Positions 38,540 through 46,946 of a DNA stretch of 64,000 nucleotides are shown in pieces. The notes under the pieces were generated by a model. That model made no database searches. It saw only the letters and a list, made by a program, of their open reading frames with translations, and was not told the origin of the DNA. The position numbers and the translations under genes are program-made. Every line of letters begins with the position of its first letter. The stretch's first letter is position 1. The DNA comes from Candidatus Harrisonbacteria bacterium. Its GTDB lineage: Bacteria > Patescibacteriota > Minisyncoccia > UBA6257 > 1-14-0-10-44-23. The stretch spans positions 94,255 to 158,254 of the forward strand of contig JAHFLF010000001.1 in NCBI GenBank assembly GCA_023255625.1, read 5' to 3'.

Positions 38540-39853
38540 ATGAAACTATCCCGCACTCAAACCATCATCGTGGCCATTGTCGGAGTTATCATCCTGGCCG
38601 GTATTCTTATTTTCCTGGGCATTATTCCGGGTCTGCGCCAGGAGGTAGCAAATCAAAACGATAAATTGACCGGCGACTTAGTCGTCTGGGGAGTTTTTGA
38701 TAGCGAAACTGCGGTTAGTAAAACTCTGATCGCCGACTTTAAAGCCCGACACCCGAATGTCAATATCAGCTACCGCTCGCTCGATGCCCGCACTTATGAA
38801 GATGACTTAATCAATGCCCTAGCCGCCGGCAGCGGCCCTGATGTTTTCATGGTCAAAAACACCTGGCTGCCCAAGCATTACAACAAACTTGATCCGCGCG
38901 ACCCGAAAGAATTTACCGTGGTTAATTTCGCGGATTTATACCCGCAGGTTGCGACTAAAGACTTTGTACGCGAAGGCAAAGTGTACGCAATGCCACTATA
39001 TATAGACACGCTCGCCACAATCTACAACAAAGCATTGTTCGACGCCGCCGGCATTGCGCAGCCGCCGCGCAGCTGGGAGGAGTTCGCGCAGATTATCCCG
39101 GAGCTTCGCAAGCTAGATGAAAGTGGCCGAATAACCCAGGCCGCCGCGGCAATCGGCGGTAGTAATAAAAATATTAATGAGGCAAATGATCTGCTTTTTC
39201 AGATGATGCTTCAGTACGGAGTAGAAATGACTAATGACGGTCTCTCCTCCGCTACATTCGCAAACGGTGGCCAGGGTCCTTTGGACTTCTACCTTTCCTT
39301 CGCTAATTCCAGAAGCACAAACTATACCTGGGATCGCGGCTTCCACTACTCTATTGATGGCTTTGCCGAAGAGTCGGTCGCAATGATTTTTAACTACGGC
39401 TATCAGCTCGAGCAACTCAAAGAAAAAAATCCGTTTTTACAAATCGGCGTCGCCCCGATGCTCCAGCCAAAAAATATTGACCGGCCGATAACCTACGCCA
39501 GCTACTTCGGACTGGGCGTCTCGGCCACCAGTCAAAACAAAACCGTCGGTTGGACATTTGTAGATGAATCAACCGCCGGCGATGGCGCGACGAATGCTAA
39601 ATATCTAAACGAAGCACACCGCTCACCGGCCCTGCGCTCTTTGATCGCCGCCTCGACCAACGACTCTCAAGTCGGCGTCTTTGCCAAGCAGGCACTCATG
39701 GCCACCTCCTGGCCACAAGTTGATAGCACTGCTATTAATGTCGCCTTTGCCGGCATGCTGGAATCAATTGTTACCGGCCAACTGACCTCGCAGCGCGGGC
39801 TGCAACAAGCCGAAGATCAGGTTACCCAGATTATGCAAAGATCAGAAAATTAG
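38540..39853 (+). CDS. Membrane-anchored extracellular solute-binding protein (family 1-like)
   Basis: Start at MKLSRTQTIIVAIVGVIILAGILIF (TM anchor), then a periplasmic binding fold. The track ORF N-extension from 38381 runs through the repeat element and is not real. Confidence 0.55.
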   Translation: MKLSRTQTIIVAIVGVIILAGILIFLGIIPGLRQEVANQNDKLTGDLVVWGVFDSETAVSKTLIADFKARHPNVNISYRSLDARTYEDDLINALAAGSGPDVFMVKNTWLPKHYNKLDPRDPKEFTVVNFADLYPQVATKDFVREGKVYAMPLYIDTLATIYNKALFDAAGIAQPPRSWEEFAQIIPELRKLDESGRITQAAAAIGGSNKNINEANDLLFQMMLQYGVEMTNDGLSSATFANGGQGPLDFYLSFANSRSTNYTWDRGFHYSIDGFAEESVAMIFNYGYQLEQLKEKNPFLQIGVAPMLQPKNIDRPITYASYFGLGVSATSQNKTVGWTFVDESTAGDGATNAKYLNEAHRSPALRSLIAASTNDSQVGVFAKQALMATSWPQVDSTAINVAFAGMLESIVTGQLTSQRGLQQAEDQVTQIMQRSEN

Positions 39854-39863
39854 ATTTTTCTAT

Positions 39864-40343
39864 ATGAAAAAAAATCGCGCTATTCTACTGGCCTCGACCC
39901 TCTTAGCCCTAATATTAATCTCTGGTAGCCAAATAGCACTGGCAGTCGGAGACGCCAGTCAGAAACCACTGCCGGGCGCAGATGTTCAAGCCAGCGACCT
40001 CGGTAACGGCATTATTCCGGATTGCGAGCCGAGTAACACCAATATCGGCCCAGGCGAACCCGGTTGCGGCCTGGACGACGCAATTCAGGTAATTTATAAC
40101 ATCATTAGCTACATCAGCTACATTATTATCCCCATCGCCGTCTTGTTGCTCGGTTATGCCGGATTTACTATAATGACTTCAGCGGGTAACAGCGAAAAAG
40201 TTACTCAAGCATGGAAGATGATCCGGGTAACCGCGATTGGTCTGGCGATTATATTTCTTTCGACGCTGATTGTCAGATACATTTTTAAAGCCCTGGATGT
40301 AAATACCCAAAAATTTGGCCCGACCAATATAGAAATCAAATAG
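39864..40343 (+). CDS. TrbC/VirB2-like small pilin-family membrane protein, paralog 1 (159 aa)
   Basis: Signal peptide (…IALA) then variable Cys-containing region, then two hydrophobic helices separated by a small polar loop. Confidence 0.5.
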   Translation: MKKNRAILLASTLLALILISGSQIALAVGDASQKPLPGADVQASDLGNGIIPDCEPSNTNIGPGEPGCGLDDAIQVIYNIISYISYIIIPIAVLLLGYAGFTIMTSAGNSEKVTQAWKMIRVTAIGLAIIFLSTLIVRYIFKALDVNTQKFGPTNIEIK

Positions 40344-40355
40344 AAATACAATAAC

Positions 40356-40700
40356 ATGCGCCGATTTTCATTATTTTTTTTCACTCTGCTTCTGCCCGTC
40401 TTTGCATATGCTATTACCGACCCCAAAAAAGATGGCATTCCCCTGCCCGACCCGCTCAATGTAAATAGCTTGCCGGAATTATTTGACAAGATCTTCCGCT
40501 TTGCTGCTATTCAAGTTGGCCCTTTCATCGTAATTATCTTCGTGCTGGTCGGCGGCTATCAAATGATTTTCTCCGGCGGTGAGGCGGAAAAATTCTCAAA
40601 AGGAAAAAATACGATTGTTTACACAGTTATCGGCTACGCCCTGCTCTTAATGTCTTACGGCATTGTAGACATAATCAAATCAGCATTAACCGTAAAATAA
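40356..40700 (+). CDS. TrbC/VirB2-like small pilin-family membrane protein, paralog 2 (114 aa)
   Basis: Signal peptide (...FAYA) then ...VGGYQMIFSGGEAEKFSKGKNTIVYTVIGYALLLM.... Confidence 0.5.
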   Translation: MRRFSLFFFTLLLPVFAYAITDPKKDGIPLPDPLNVNSLPELFDKIFRFAAIQVGPFIVIIFVLVGGYQMIFSGGEAEKFSKGKNTIVYTVIGYALLLMSYGIVDIIKSALTVK

Positions 40701-40706
40701 ATTGCT

Positions 40707-41066
40707 ATGAGCAAAGCGTTTCGGTCTCTCGGCGTAAAAATTTTCTTCTGTAGCGTCATCCTTTCGCCCGTTTTCGCCCCAGTTTTTACCCTTGCCGAAG
40801 ATGACCCGCTGAAGGGTCTGCCAAAAGATGCCGCAGGCGTTATGCAGGTTTTAGGAAATATCACCAATTGGCTATTCACTGGTATTCTGATAATTTCTGT
40901 GATAATGATTATAGTAGCCGCATATAAGTATCTGTTTAGCGGCGGCAGCGAAGAGGCAACCTCTGCGGCTCGCAAGACGATTGTCTACGCCGTGATTGCT
41001 CTGGCGGTCGCGATGCTGGCCAAAGGCGTGGCTCCACTTGTAAAAACACTATTATCAGTAAAATAA
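40707..41066 (+). CDS. TrbC/VirB2-like small pilin-family membrane protein, paralog 3 (119 aa)
   Basis: ...ITNWLFTGILIISVIMIIVAAYKYLFSGGSEEATSAARKTIVYAVIALAVAMLAKG.... Confidence 0.5.
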   Translation: MSKAFRSLGVKIFFCSVILSPVFAPVFTLAEDDPLKGLPKDAAGVMQVLGNITNWLFTGILIISVIMIIVAAYKYLFSGGSEEATSAARKTIVYAVIALAVAMLAKGVAPLVKTLLSVK

Positions 41067-41072
41067 CAGTAT

Positions 41073-41453
41073 ATGAAAAAAATCATATTTATTCTGCCGC
41101 TCGCTGTAATGTTTTTAGCATTAATCGTACCAATGACTCCTGCCCTTGCGATTGATTGTCCTGGCGGAGGCAGTACTGCCGGCGGTCAGCCCTGCCAATT
41201 ACCAACCAACGCAAATCTTCAGCCAAATGTTTTGCTGGCAACGATAGAGGAAATTACTGACTGGATGTTTACCGGACTCTTGGTACTTGCGGTTGTTATG
41301 TTGATTATCGCCGCCTATCACTATCTTTTCTCCGGAGGCAGCGAGGAGGGAACGCAAAAAGGCAAGAACTATATCATCTACACAGTTATTGCAATTGCAG
41401 TTGCAATGTTAGCCAAAGGAATTACCTTCATCGTCTACCAGATTCTGAAATAG
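41073..41453 (+). CDS. TrbC/VirB2-like small pilin-family membrane protein, paralog 4 (126 aa)
   Basis: ...ITDWMFTGLLVLAVVMLIIAAYHYLFSGGSEEGTQKGKNYIIYTVIAIAVAMLAKG...; N-region has CPGGG...GQPC. Confidence 0.5.
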   Translation: MKKIIFILPLAVMFLALIVPMTPALAIDCPGGGSTAGGQPCQLPTNANLQPNVLLATIEEITDWMFTGLLVLAVVMLIIAAYHYLFSGGSEEGTQKGKNYIIYTVIAIAVAMLAKGITFIVYQILK

Positions 41454-41561
41454 AAAAATTGACTTTAAAATCGAACGGGCCCGACTGGCAACATACTCCC
41501 TTGCGGGAGACGCCAATCGGGCCTCGTTTTGTGCTGCGCGTGGTAGTGGAGCTCTACCGCG

Positions 41562-42044
41562 CTACTTCTTCTTCTCGAGCGCCCTGGCCTCGAACTGCTG
41601 GTCAGGGAGTCCGGCTTCGACATAGAAGACCGGATAGCGAGCCGTCTCGAAGACGGAGTTCTCGCCCAGGATGGCTCCACCATCCTCGAGCATGATGCGG
41701 AACTTCCGCTTGCACACTCGTTTGCCGATCTCCTGCACATCCTCGATCGTGTACGAGAGACCGGCCGCTACCTCTACACGAGCCCACTGCCCGGGTTGCA
41801 GCGGGAAAGCCGCAACGGCTCCCGGGAACGCCAGCGTGTACTCCCCTCCGTCGAGATTCGGAGGTACGCTCTTCACAGCGCTGGGCCGCCAGGAGACCAG
41901 CACTGCAATTCCGGCTCCAAGAAGGAGTAGGGTGATCGCGGCGGCCAGCCCCATGAAAAGCTTCGTCCGCCCGAAACTGGCCACGCTCACGCAATCCTCC
42001 ACATCATCGGGTGCATCTGCGGAGTTGGCAGGATTGCTACTCAT
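41562..42044 (-). CDS. small membrane protein, possible NfeD-like partner of the SPFH protein (160 aa), high-GC
   Basis: N-terminal TM. 4-nt overlap with the upstream SPFH gene (translational coupling). Function is inferred from the pairing only. Confidence 0.35.
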   Translation of the reverse strand: MSSNPANSADAPDDVEDCVSVASFGRTKLFMGLAAAITLLLLGAGIAVLVSWRPSAVKSVPPNLDGGEYTLAFPGAVAAFPLQPGQWARVEVAAGLSYTIEDVQEIGKRVCKRKFRIMLEDGGAILGENSVFETARYPVFYVEAGLPDQQFEARALEKKK

Positions 42045-43294
42045 GTTGTCGAACCTCCAGTCGGCACAGACAGACCGCCGGCCGTCAGACCGGCGGCAAG
42101 CCGCGCCGCCGCCGAGACCGATCCATCGTCAGCTACGACAACTTTCAGATCTGCCACCTTGATGCCTGCCTGCGCAAGCGCGCCGGCATAGGCAAGATTC
42201 GCCGTGACACCAAGCTTGACAGCACTCTCCGTCATCGCCGTGACACCAGGAGCCGTCTGCTCCGCAGCTTTGGCATCCTGTTGCGACTTCAACACCTTCT
42301 GCGCATACTCGATGCTCTTAGGGTCATACACCACCCCGATGAGCTCGCAGTTGTCGAAGGTGCATCCGATGTGCAGCTCGTGGTGTGACAGAGCGGTTTC
42401 AGAAATCCCGCCCTGATTGAACAGCACATTCATCTGATCCAGCGCTGCACGTACTGCAACTGCGTGCTTGCCGTACCAGACAAGCACATTGCCAGGCAGA
42501 ATCTCAACGAGTGACTGTCCGGCGGCAACACCCTCAACTCTTCGCCGGAATGCCGCGTCCTTGTGCAACGGAATGTGCAGTGACAACTCCGACTCGACGA
42601 ACAGCGCAAGCGCATGCCTGTTCTCGTCAAGATCCTTGCGGCTCATCTTCGCAAGCATCGACGTCAGGAGCCCCTTGATGGGACCCCTGATACCGACCTC
42701 CACGTGATGCGCGGCAAAGTTCCTCTGCCTCCTCTTCGCACCCTCGATCACCCAGTTGCCGTAGACGTTCAACCCATCCGAGTCAGCGATACGCGGGTCC
42801 GGGCAGACGGTCACCTGGAAGGTGACTTTGACAACTTCATGAGTCGTGAGCTGCTGTTCCACCTCGATCGTTATCGGCAACGGATTTGTCTCGATCTGAG
42901 CCATCCTGTTACCGATCCCGACCTTGTGCAGGCCAGGCCCGTGTGTCGCAGAGCGGATCTTGCCGCCACTGCTCTGAACCGCATACGATCGTCCACCGAC
43001 TGAACGGACGAACATAGCGAGCCAGAACCAGAGAACGCCAAGATAGGCGGCACCCAGACCCACGATGACCATGCCGAAAATGGCGCAGCTCATCCAGATG
43101 AATCCGCACAAGATCGAGACCAGAGCAATCGCGTAGGCGATACCCAAGCCCTGGAAATGCGGAGTCAACTCTCTCTTGAGGAAAGGCTCAATCTCCTCCC
43201 CCTCAAGAACCGTGCAGGTCACGAAAGCGTGCCCCGCCGGTGCAACTGTTGTCCCGGGCGATACTACCGCCGGGGGCGCAACATGACTAGTCAT
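42041..43294 (-). CDS. SPFH/Band-7 (flotillin/stomatin-like) membrane protein, high-GC
   Basis: GGGAGG 5 nt before ATG (MTSHVAPP...). TM helices, then ...VKVTFQVTVCPDPRIADSDGLNVYGNWVIEG...IRGPIKGLLTSMLAKMSRKDLDENRHALALFVESEL... SPFH-domain pattern, Ala-rich C-terminus. Confidence 0.6.
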   Translation of the reverse strand: MTSHVAPPAVVSPGTTVAPAGHAFVTCTVLEGEEIEPFLKRELTPHFQGLGIAYAIALVSILCGFIWMSCAIFGMVIVGLGAAYLGVLWFWLAMFVRSVGGRSYAVQSSGGKIRSATHGPGLHKVGIGNRMAQIETNPLPITIEVEQQLTTHEVVKVTFQVTVCPDPRIADSDGLNVYGNWVIEGAKRRQRNFAAHHVEVGIRGPIKGLLTSMLAKMSRKDLDENRHALALFVESELSLHIPLHKDAAFRRRVEGVAAGQSLVEILPGNVLVWYGKHAVAVRAALDQMNVLFNQGGISETALSHHELHIGCTFDNCELIGVVYDPKSIEYAQKVLKSQQDAKAAEQTAPGVTAMTESAVKLGVTANLAYAGALAQAGIKVADLKVVVADDGSVSAAARLAAGLTAGGLSVPTGGSTT

Positions 43295-43422
43295 CGCTAC
43301 CTCCCAGCCCGTAGAACGGGCCGTCGTTAGAAACCAACGGCCCAAACCGGGCCAGCCACGCCGTACGCCAGCGTTGGCCCTATTCGACTGTCCCATGCAG
43401 GCCCCACACGAGGCCAACATTG

Positions 43423-43480
43423 CACGAACAGGATTTTTGCGGACCAGATAAAATGCCCCGCAAAAATCCTGTTCGTGCCC
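43423..43480. repeat. 21-bp perfect palindrome
   Basis: gcacgaacaggatttttgcgg accagataaaatgcc ccgcaaaaatcctgttcgtgc. Confidence 0.6.
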
Positions 43481-43745
43481 TTGAACGCTCTTTAGTTTTC
43501 AAAGTACATTCGGAAAATTCCTGTTTTAGACAGAACTCCCCACCAACAGCATATTTAGCATATTTTCATACCATTTGTCAATCTTTTCCATCGCCAGTTC
43601 AACAAACCGGGTTAGCATTTAACCAATGCGAAGTCCGTACCATAGGGAGCAGTAAAAGGTATCCCTGCTCATCTTGGCGGGAACTCTGGGTTTGCGGGTC
43701 TTTATATTTATCCAACAGCTCAACTATACACAGCCCCGCTATACC

Positions 43746-43760
43746 TGTGGTATACTAAAT
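43746..43760 (+). promoter_or_regulatory. promoter-like tgtggtatactaaat (extended -10 TGnTATACT) upstream of pilin paralog 5
   Basis: Identical 15-mer at 53543 upstream of another small gene. ~40 nt before the ATG at 43800. Confidence 0.35.
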
Positions 43761-43799
43761 TAAAGACATTTATTAATGCTTTAATATTAAAATTATTCT

Positions 43800-44144
43800 A
43801 TGAAGAAAGTTGTTACATTCATCTCATTATTAGTCGTTAGCTTTATGCCAATGGCGGCTCTAGCCATCGACATTCCGGCCACTACCCCTCCGCCGGGCAT
43901 CCGCAGCTTTGAAGGAATCCTTGGTGTCATGAACACAATCATCGACTGGCTCTTTACCGCACTCATGGTGTTCGCCGTGATCATGATTATCTACGCCGCA
44001 TTCAGCTATCTAACCGCCGGTGGTGATGAGGAGAAGATCAGCAAGGCCCACAAGACAATTGTTTACGCAGTTGTCGCGATTGCCGTCGCCTTCCTTTCCC
44101 GCGGCATCTCCTTCGTTGTTCAGCAGCTGCTCGGACAGGGATAG
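43800..44144 (+). CDS. TrbC/VirB2-like small pilin-family membrane protein, paralog 5 (114 aa)
   Basis: ...IIDWLFTALMVFAVIMIIYAAFSYLTAGGDEEKISKAHKTIVYAVVAIAVAFLSRG.... Confidence 0.5.
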   Translation: MKKVVTFISLLVVSFMPMAALAIDIPATTPPPGIRSFEGILGVMNTIIDWLFTALMVFAVIMIIYAAFSYLTAGGDEEKISKAHKTIVYAVVAIAVAFLSRGISFVVQQLLGQG

Positions 44145-44241
44145 AAATTTGGAAAAAGTTTCTAGACAAAATCAAAACTGCTCTGAATATTTTTCCGGGC
44201 AGTTTTGATTTTATATCTAAAATACGAGATACTACATCAAT

Positions 44242-44326
44242 GCTCTCGTGGCGGAACTGGCATACGCGCGTGGCTTAGGACCACGTCCCGCAAGGGTTAG
44301 AGGTTCAAATCCTCTCGAGAGCACCA
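44242..44326 (+). tRNA. tRNA-Leu (anticodon TAG), CCA encoded
   Basis: GCTCTCG TG GCG GAACTGGCATA CGC G CGTGG CTTAGGA CCACG + long variable arm CCCGCAAGGGTT + AGAGG TTCAAAT CCTCT CGAGAGC A CCA. Confidence 0.85.
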
Positions 44327-44352
44327 GTCAGGAAATGTCAAATTACACTTCC

Positions 44353-44402
44353 AATTCCCAATACCATAAATCTACCATGGTAGATTTATGGTATTGGGAA
44401 TT
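44353..44402. promoter_or_regulatory. 50-bp perfect palindrome centred on CCATGG (site 1)
   Basis: aattcccaataccataaatctaccatggtagatttatggtattgggaatt. Shares core ataccata..tctaccatggtaga..tatggtat with 45056-45087. Confidence 0.55.
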
Positions 44403-44430
44403 CTGTTATCTTGAGACCACATCCCTTCCG

Positions 44431-45045
44431 CTAAATCTTAACCTGGAGATTCTTGCCTGGAAATCGCAGTGTGCCAGATTTCGTTATTTCAAAAATATCA
44501 ACATACTGAGTTAAATTGGCTTCGGCGAGATCATCAATAAAACTCTCCGGTATCTGTCGTTTACCGATAAAAAGACTTCGCTGCAAAAATCGAAAACCAA
44601 ACTGACCAAGAGCACCCCTCAACCAATCGCGCTGTTGCCGCATCGTATGTGGAATATCATACGCAATAATAGTGACGCGATCGCTGGGCGTAGCAACATA
44701 TTTTTTTGCGCGTACGATATCAGAAAGATCATTTTCATGCTCATGGACCCAAGTTTTCCCTGCCTGCGTCATACTATAATGAGCTTCACGACCAATTCTG
44801 GTACTCTTAATAAGTCCGTCTTGCTTTAATGCTTGAATCAACCGTTGCGCGCGTTTCCATTCAAGTCGTTTTTGATGCTCATCAAAATGCTTCTTGTCAT
44901 ACTGCTGGCGAACCTGTTGCGCCGCCGCAAAACCCGCCCGAATCCCCCTCTGACGACCAAAGCCGCCACCAATCAAAAAGGATGCTATCTCTGCACTGGT
45001 ACGACCGACATCTGACAAAAAATATAAAATCTGTTTTCTCTTCAT
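44431..45045 (-). CDS. winged-HTH + Cas2-like (VapD/PaaX-C-like) domain protein, putative regulator (204 aa)
   Basis: C-terminal ...VTIIAYDIPHTMRQQRDWLRGALGQFGFRFLQRSLFIGK... resembles the Cas2/PaaX_C ferredoxin-like fold pattern (YD....RR..LR..L...G.R.Q.S.F). Assignment is tentative. Confidence 0.4.
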   Translation of the reverse strand: MKRKQILYFLSDVGRTSAEIASFLIGGGFGRQRGIRAGFAAAQQVRQQYDKKHFDEHQKRLEWKRAQRLIQALKQDGLIKSTRIGREAHYSMTQAGKTWVHEHENDLSDIVRAKKYVATPSDRVTIIAYDIPHTMRQQRDWLRGALGQFGFRFLQRSLFIGKRQIPESFIDDLAEANLTQYVDIFEITKSGTLRFPGKNLQVKI

Positions 45046-45055
45046 GCGTACATAA

Positions 45056-45087
45056 TACCATATTTCTACCATGGTAGAAATATGGTA
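45056..45087. promoter_or_regulatory. 32-bp perfect palindrome centred on CCATGG (site 2), ~11 nt upstream of the start of the 44431..45045 gene
   Basis: taccatatttctaccatggtagaaatatggta. The aa..tt versus tt..aa swaps relative to site 1 preserve dyad symmetry. Confidence 0.55.
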
Positions 45088-45127
45088 CGATAAAAAATCG
45101 TATTATTCCAGATGAAAAAAACAAACC

Positions 45128-46048
45128 TTACCTCCTGCGACCATGAAACGCTTTGTGTACTTCGCCAAGCTGCTTGTTAGTCAGGTGCGTATAAATCTGC
45201 GTTGTGGCAATGTTGCTGTGGCCAAGCATTTCCTGAACCGAGCGTAAATCGGCCCCGTTAACCAACAGGTCTGTTGCGAAGAGATGGCGCAGTTTGTGCG
45301 GTGTTATGTGTTCTGCAATACCGGCTTTGCGCGCATAAAAATTGACCAGCTGTTGCACGGAGCGCGGAGAGATCACGCCAAGCACCCTCGGTGGTTTTTT
45401 CGATTTTAAAGATGGCTTACTCAACCCAACAAACAGCCACTCCTGCGCGTCGCCACGCTTGTCTAAATACCGCTTCAAAATCTCGCGACAGCTGTCTGAT
45501 AAAAACACTACGCGTAACTTCTCTCCTTTCCCGCGCACGGTAAACTCACCGCGGCTAAAATCAATATACCGCTTTAATCCGCAAAGTTCGGAGACACGCA
45601 GCCCGGTTGAAAACAAGGTTTCTAAAATGGCGCGATCGCGGAGCGCGCGCAAGCCATCCCCCTCTGGTGCAGCAAGGAGCCGCTCGAAGTCGCGATACTC
45701 CGGTATCTGAATCTGGCGCTGGGCAATTTTTGGCAGCTCAATTTTATCGGCTGCAAGCACATCATAATCGTGTTTGGCCAGATACTTTAAAAAACTGCGA
45801 ATCGCAATAACATAATAGTTCTGCGTGATTTTCTTCAGCATCGCGCCATCCCGTCCGGGCGTACGTGCAAGCGTGATGCGGAATTCACGAACCACCGACT
45901 CGGTAATCTGACTTGGCTTACTAATTTTTTGCTGGCGAAAAAACGAACTCAAATAATGTTCATAATTAACCCTCGTCTTCGGCGAGCGATTCTTTTCAAT
46001 CTCTAAATAATCCAAATACTGCTTGAGAAGGTCATCAATTTGAGCCAT
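45128..46048 (-). CDS. Tyrosine site-specific recombinase, XerC/XerD-like
   Basis: N-terminal SAM-like domain, catalytic R...HKLRH...LGHSNIATTQIYTH. Start at MAQIDDLLKQY. Confidence 0.8.
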   Translation of the reverse strand: MAQIDDLLKQYLDYLEIEKNRSPKTRVNYEHYLSSFFRQQKISKPSQITESVVREFRITLARTPGRDGAMLKKITQNYYVIAIRSFLKYLAKHDYDVLAADKIELPKIAQRQIQIPEYRDFERLLAAPEGDGLRALRDRAILETLFSTGLRVSELCGLKRYIDFSRGEFTVRGKGEKLRVVFLSDSCREILKRYLDKRGDAQEWLFVGLSKPSLKSKKPPRVLGVISPRSVQQLVNFYARKAGIAEHITPHKLRHLFATDLLVNGADLRSVQEMLGHSNIATTQIYTHLTNKQLGEVHKAFHGRRR

Positions 46049-46072
46049 CCTGTAAGTATAAACTAGATGTTT

Positions 46073-46195
46073 CGTAAAACATATTCGGGTCAGCGCTAGC
46101 GGCAATTCTCGGACCGCGACGGCGGGAGAGTATAGACCGATTTTTCACCAGAAAAATACGGACGGTGCCGTCTGCGCTGACCCGAATATGTTTTA
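46073..46195. repeat. Hairpin-core element copy 2 (inside a 20-bp perfect palindrome)
   Basis: gtaaaacatattcgggtcagcgc [tagcggcaattctcggaccgcgacggcgggagagtatagaccgatttttcaccagaaaaatacggacggtgccgtct] gcgctgacccgaatatgttttac. Confidence 0.7.
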
Positions 46196-46936
46196 CCTTA
46201 TTTCAATCACCGCCGGATCCGGATGAAATTCCAACTCCTCGTCTGAATACACAATCAGCGGGGCAAGCTCAACGCGCGCCGACTCTCCTGCCCCAATAAT
46301 CCACATCTCATGAGCCATATTGTGCGAATCATTATGTGCCTGCATCCCCCGCTGTATTCTGTGTCTCTGATATTGCTTAAGCCGTAGCTCACACCAATTC
46401 CCAATTCGCCCGCCAAGAAACGCTTCAAAAAACTTTTTCATTTTCGAATCGCGCGACGGATCATAACGCAGATCAGATTCCAAAATCCTTTTACCGACCC
46501 AATCAGAGTTTGCATCATAAAACTCCTGAATATTTTCGCGCATTCCATACACCGGCACTAATCGCTTGTACAATAACTTCCAGTACGGATTAACCGGTAA
46601 CCGCAGGCGGTATGACGCCTCGGTGACAAAGTGATTAAGGCAAACCTTGTTCGCCGCCGCCGCATTACCGTGCTCTTTCGCCCGTCGCCAGCCAAAAAGT
46701 CCCAGTGCGAGCGCCGCACAAAATCGGGCTGTAAAAATCCGGCCGGTGCGCACGCCAATCAACACATCAAAATCACTTTCTTCATCAACATTACCAACGG
46801 CCAGCGAGCCGCTGCCAAAGACAAATTCTATAAACGGAATATGCCGAAAAATCCAGGTGCGCTTAATAAACAGATGCCATTTTTTATCGTTTAGTAATTG
46901 CTGAACTCGGAACTCTCTGTTCTTTTCCTCTGTCAT
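46193..46936 (-). CDS. Nucleotidyltransferase (Pol-beta superfamily) domain protein
   Basis: FGSGSLAVGNVDEESDFDVLIGV is the GS-x9-13-D.D nucleotidyltransferase motif. Start at MTEEKNREF. Confidence 0.55.
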   Translation of the reverse strand: MTEEKNREFRVQQLLNDKKWHLFIKRTWIFRHIPFIEFVFGSGSLAVGNVDEESDFDVLIGVRTGRIFTARFCAALALGLFGWRRAKEHGNAAAANKVCLNHFVTEASYRLRLPVNPYWKLLYKRLVPVYGMRENIQEFYDANSDWVGKRILESDLRYDPSRDSKMKKFFEAFLGGRIGNWCELRLKQYQRHRIQRGMQAHNDSHNMAHEMWIIGAGESARVELAPLIVYSDEELEFHPDPAVIEIR

Positions 46937-46946
46937 AAATCCGCAA

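Noticed and set aside
41459-42162. Multiple overlapping high-GC track ORFs (41459..41695 +, 41465..41740 -, 41602..41994 -, 41671..42162 +)
   Set aside because: Mutually exclusive. Only 41562..42044 (-) has a TM helix, balanced composition and a 4-nt coupled overlap with the SPFH gene.
44242-46200. Integrative element at tRNA-Leu driven by the adjacent tyrosine recombinase
   Set aside because: No direct repeat of the tRNA-Leu 3' end downstream, and the recombinase has typical chromosomal XerC/D features. Retained only as a low-probability alternative in the palindrome finding.
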